Positions 26,764-29,563 of a DNA stretch of 29,563 nucleotides are shown here, one piece after another. The notes under the pieces are model-generated. The model saw only the letters and a program-made list of their open reading frames with translations. It was not told the DNA's origin and searched no databases. Location: positions 1 to 29,563 of the IMG/VR virus record IMGVR_UViG_3300043220_000103; one strand, 5' to 3'. The position numbers were made by a program, and so were the translations under genes. Each line of letters starts with the position of its first letter. Position 1 is the stretch's first letter. This DNA comes from a virus (lineage: Duplodnaviria > Caudoviricetes).

Positions 26764-26805
26764 AAAAAAAACGCGATCAACCGAAAATAAATTCAATTGA
26801 TCGCG
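26764..26805 (-). terminator. Intrinsic terminator in element B
   Basis: 14-bp stem with two U-G wobbles followed by T8. Confidence 0.8.
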
Positions 26806-26845
26806 CGCTAGCAACAGATAGGCAAAATAACGCCCCCGCGGGTCG

Positions 26846-27178
26846 CTAGGCGGCCACTAGTTCGAGCCATTCTCCGCGCCGATTGAATTCGATTCGATAC
26901 CGATGCCCCGCAACGGAAATGAGGTCACCGTCCGAAACCTCGAGAACATTCCCCGCGGCGCGGGCCGCTGTCATCTCGGCCGCAGTCCCTCCGCGGGTAT
27001 CGATGACAGTACAGAGACTGAAAGCGTAGGCCCACGGCCCGGGAATCAATGCGCCGAAATTGACTTTGCGCCCCTCGGATCCCTCGGGAACGTGTCCGAC
27101 ACGATGCCGAAAGCTGCCGGCCAATAGTATGGTAGGGTTTTTGTCCCGAACGGGAACTACAATCGGAGTGCCGCTCAT
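26846..27178 (-). CDS. Hypothetical protein
   Basis: 110 aa, ATGA-coupled to the upstream gene. Confidence 0.7.
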   Translation of the reverse strand: MSGTPIVVPVRDKNPTILLAGSFRHRVGHVPEGSEGRKVNFGALIPGPWAYAFSLCTVIDTRGGTAAEMTAARAAGNVLEVSDGDLISVAGHRYRIEFNRRGEWLELVAA

Positions 27179-27342
27179 GACTCGGACCCCCGGGCATCAA
27201 CGCTCAAGATTTCCCACTTGCGCGGAGTGTTGAGCGCTTCCCACTTTGCGCGGATATCCTCCGCGGTCGCGCCCGAAATTGAGAAGCGCTTTGTCGCGAT
27301 CCCGAGGGCGCCGTCTTGTCGAACGAAATAAATATGGATCAT
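27175..27342 (-). CDS. Hypothetical protein
   Basis: Start MIHIYFVRQDG; ATGA overlaps on both sides. Confidence 0.65.
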   Translation of the reverse strand: MIHIYFVRQDGALGIATKRFSISGATAEDIRAKWEALNTPRKWEILSVDARGSES

Positions 27343-27524
27343 GATCTCGCCCCCATGTCGCGGCACTTACAATCGGACGCGAGCGCGACGACTTTCCCCG
27401 TTAGGCGCGCAATTGTTTCGAATGCGGCCATATGATTAGGACCGCCTAGAATCTGCGCCCCATCGCAAGTCAAGCGCATCGTATCGCGCGCGATCTTTAG
27501 CGCGTGTCGGTCCGGAACCGTCAT
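27339..27524 (-). CDS. Hypothetical protein
   Basis: Start MTVPDRHALKIARDTMR; ATGA overlaps on both sides. Confidence 0.7.
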   Translation of the reverse strand: MTVPDRHALKIARDTMRLTCDGAQILGGPNHMAAFETIARLTGKVVALASDCKCRDMGARS

Positions 27525-27733
27525 GACCCTACCCCCATCAAGAGACACTGCTCGGCCCCGTATACTGCGGGCGCGTCGCACGATTCGCACGGATACTTTT
27601 CTGCATCGGGTTCCACGCCGTCCGCATCATCTCCGCACGCGAGACAGAATCCCGCATTCTCGAGGCCGAACGTGCTAGCCTCGACTGCGGCCAGAACGCG
27701 ATCTAGTGTTATCGATTTGTGAACCTTCGCCAT
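27521..27733 (-). CDS. Small zinc-ribbon protein
   Basis: GFCLACG...VEPDA..YPCESC....VYGAE; first gene of its cassette. Confidence 0.8.
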   Translation of the reverse strand: MAKVHKSITLDRVLAAVEASTFGLENAGFCLACGDDADGVEPDAEKYPCESCDAPAVYGAEQCLLMGVGS

Positions 27734-27760
27734 GGTGTCTACTCCCTGTTGATATGGAAC

Positions 27761-27787
27761 GTATCGGCCACGCGCGCCGGACCTTTA
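27761..27787 (-). promoter_or_regulatory. Sigma28-like promoter
   Basis: TAAA-N15-GCCGATAC, one mismatch from the consensus TAAA-N15-GCCGATAA. Confidence 0.8.
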
Positions 27788-27791
27788 GCGA

Positions 27792-28589
27792 CTAATTGAG
27801 GAAATCGCCCGCGAGCGCTTTATGTCCTTCGCGGTCCGCTGCAGCTTTGAACGATAGGCCTACCACGACGTCCGGAGGATCCATAAATCGCGCGTCGTGG
27901 GTATCGCCATCGATGACGATACGGCCCGCGAACGTTTCGGGCAAGGCCTCACCTTTGCGAATATCAAAAACAACCGCGAGATTCTCCGCAATTGGCGTTA
28001 GGTCCGCGGGCGACAATTCCGAAACGGAATAGGTTAGATGATAGTTCGCGGGGCGCGGAGGGGCGAGGTGCGCGAGACCTTTTGTATAGTCGTAAAATCG
28101 GACCGCAGGGAAATCGGGCGCTAGCGTGGCCCCGTACCCCGTATCGGTTGATCCGTCTATACGTACCGCGGGAACCTTTCCAAGCTTGACGGCGCGCAGC
28201 TCATGCGCCGCAATTTCGAGGGAGATCAATTCGCGAAATAGTGCGCGGGCACCTAGGAATAGCGCCGATTTCCAGAGGCGGGCGCGCCGTGAGGTTGACG
28301 TTACAAGTAGCCCGCTATTGAAACCGAGGCACGCTAGCGCGCATTTCCCGGCCCATGGGCAAAGGGTACGCTGTGAGCGGGGAACGAAAGCTTCGTTATG
28401 CGGGGACATATAGACGACTGCAGTTAGTACGCCGATCCCGTTTCCGAGTTCCGTTTTGTGTCCGCTGCCGAGGATCTTCGGAGTGGAGGGTAAACAGTGA
28501 AGCGCTTCGGAGTGTACTCCAGAGCGTTTCACTATACGTGCCCAACGTTCGCCGATCTCCGCCCGTACCGATTTCAAGCTTCGAGCCAT
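27792..28589 (-). CDS. Gp88-like protein (radical-SAM-related, Cys triad)
   Basis: True start MARSLKS at 28589. Motifs LCPWAGKCALACL, VRIDGSTD, FYDYTK, NYHLTYS, AVVF and IDGD.HD.RF.DP...VVGL..K. Confidence 0.8.
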   Translation of the reverse strand: MARSLKSVRAEIGERWARIVKRSGVHSEALHCLPSTPKILGSGHKTELGNGIGVLTAVVYMSPHNEAFVPRSQRTLCPWAGKCALACLGFNSGLLVTSTSRRARLWKSALFLGARALFRELISLEIAAHELRAVKLGKVPAVRIDGSTDTGYGATLAPDFPAVRFYDYTKGLAHLAPPRPANYHLTYSVSELSPADLTPIAENLAVVFDIRKGEALPETFAGRIVIDGDTHDARFMDPPDVVVGLSFKAAADREGHKALAGDFLN

Positions 28590-28617
28590 GGTATATCTCT
28601 CCCTGTTGATATGAGAC

Positions 28618-28644
28618 GTTTCGGCCACGCGCGCCGGACCTTTA
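28618..28644 (-). promoter_or_regulatory. Sigma28-like promoter
   Basis: TAAA-N15-GCCGAAAC; spacer identical to the 27761 copy. Confidence 0.7.
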
Positions 28645-28679
28645 GCATAAAAGAGCGAGCGAAACGAGAAAATTTCCGC

Positions 28680-28706
28680 TAAAGGTTTCGCGCGGGAGAC
28701 CGATCG
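28680..28706 (+). promoter_or_regulatory. Divergent sigma28-like motif
   Basis: TAAA-N15-ACCGATCG, back-to-back with the 28618 promoter. Confidence 0.45.
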
Positions 28707-28949
28707 ATACCACGAGACCACCCCCGACAAGATGGGGACTTGCACATAGTTGCGTATGCACGAATGTGCAATTGGAGAAACGGCCATGACGCGCCGGGAG
28801 ATAGACTTGCGTACGCGAGGGAGTGCAACGTTGGATGGGCGCCAGAAGTCCGTCTTGCGCATCAATGATAGGCAACACGCGGCTCCGAAGTTGCCTGCTA
28901 GTGAGGGGTGGTCCGTCCAGAGATGTGCAACTCGAAAGTGGGCGGCTTC

Positions 28950-28977
28950 AAGATAATAAGCAATTTTTAAGACGCAA
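28950..28977 (-). promoter_or_regulatory. Sigma70-like promoter with an upstream A-tract
   Basis: TTGCGT-N16-TATCTT. Confidence 0.5.
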
Positions 28978-29027
28978 ATTTTTTTGAGAATGAGCGACGA
29001 GCGAGGGAAGCGAAACGCTCCGCCTTC

Positions 29028-29055
29028 AAGATGTTATTTGCGATTTTGCACGCAA
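29028..29055 (-). promoter_or_regulatory. Sigma70-like promoter (tandem copy)
   Basis: TTGCGT-N16-CATCTT; shares flanks AAAAAT and GAAG with the 28950 copy. Confidence 0.45.
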
Positions 29056-29149
29056 ATTTTCTGGCCGGCCGGCAGCTCGAGACGTCCACCCCTCCGAACA
29101 GGCCACGCCGTGACGCGCCAGACGTCTCCCAGGATCCAGGTTCGAGGCC

Positions 29150-29521
29150 CTACGCGTACTTGTAGGTCCGTCGCATGTGGGTGAGCGCCTGGTCCATTTC
29201 CCGGCCCGAGAAGACCGGATGCCCACAGCGTGCGACAGCTTTGGTCGTGAGGATCAAGATACTCATAGCAGCGTTGTGCTTCGCGCGCTCGCTCGACCCG
29301 TGGGACTCCAAGATCTCACTCTCGCTCATGCGCGCGGCGAGCACTGCGTCTTCGAGTTCACCCGCGATGTGGGCGAAATGCCCAGGCACGAGCATGAATC
29401 CCCAGTCCACGTACCAATTCGCACTGGCGACATGCGTGCCATCTAGGGTGAAGTCCACGTTTGCGCCCTTGCCCAAAAGTACCCCGTAGACGTGCCCACC
29501 CTTTTCGATCTCGACTTTCAT
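29150..29521 (-). CDS. Hypothetical protein
   Basis: ATG at 29521 after AAGGGGAG; 123 aa. Confidence 0.65.
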   Translation of the reverse strand: MKVEIEKGGHVYGVLLGKGANVDFTLDGTHVASANWYVDWGFMLVPGHFAHIAGELEDAVLAARMSESEILESHGSSERAKHNAAMSILILTTKAVARCGHPVFSGREMDQALTHMRRTYKYA

Positions 29522-29563
29522 GACCCCCACTCCCCTTAATTTGAGCTATCCGGGTGGCGCTCT

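Larger units (their letters stand above)
26714..26829 (-). repeat. Terminator-promoter-RBS element, copy B
   Basis: Near-identical to 25883-25995. Confidence 0.95.

Noticed and set aside
25883-28650. Dispersed repeats as CRISPR, integron attC or DGR TR/VR pairs
   Set aside because: They are separated by whole genes and explained by promoter/terminator/RBS content. No cas, integrase or reverse transcriptase gene was seen, and differences are not adenine-specific.
28590-28865. Upstream extension of the Gp88-like ORF
   Set aside because: It spans the promoter and RBS element; the real start is at 28589.

Overview
A fragment of a GC-rich tailed phage (siphovirus-type) genome, read almost entirely on the minus strand. 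From right to left: (i) about 24.9-29.5 kb is an early/accessory region of small genes arranged as cassettes. Four cassettes each have a sigma28/FliA-like promoter (T(A/T)AA-N15-(G/A)CCGA(T/A)AC) and a shared ATCAACAGGGAG leader, and two of these promoters lie within a duplicated ~115-bp terminator-promoter-RBS element. (ii) About 23.1-24.9 kb is a non-coding control region with a palindrome between IHF-like repeats, GCAACT motif clusters, a candidate small RNA with its own promoter and terminator, and iteron-like repeats. (iii) About 17-23 kb holds small genes, the probable terminase small subunit and the terminase large subunit. (iv) Portal, scaffold, major capsid, putative decoration/fibre genes, head-tail connectors and the major tail protein follow. 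(v) A tRNA-Asn(GTT), preceded by two hairpins with complementary loops, is inserted just before the tail chaperone, which has a predicted -1 frameshift. (vi) The window ends with the neck, tape measure and two tail structural genes. No integrase, endolysin, polymerase, reverse transcriptase or CRISPR array was recognised. Family assignments come from motif recognition and gene order only; no searches were run.
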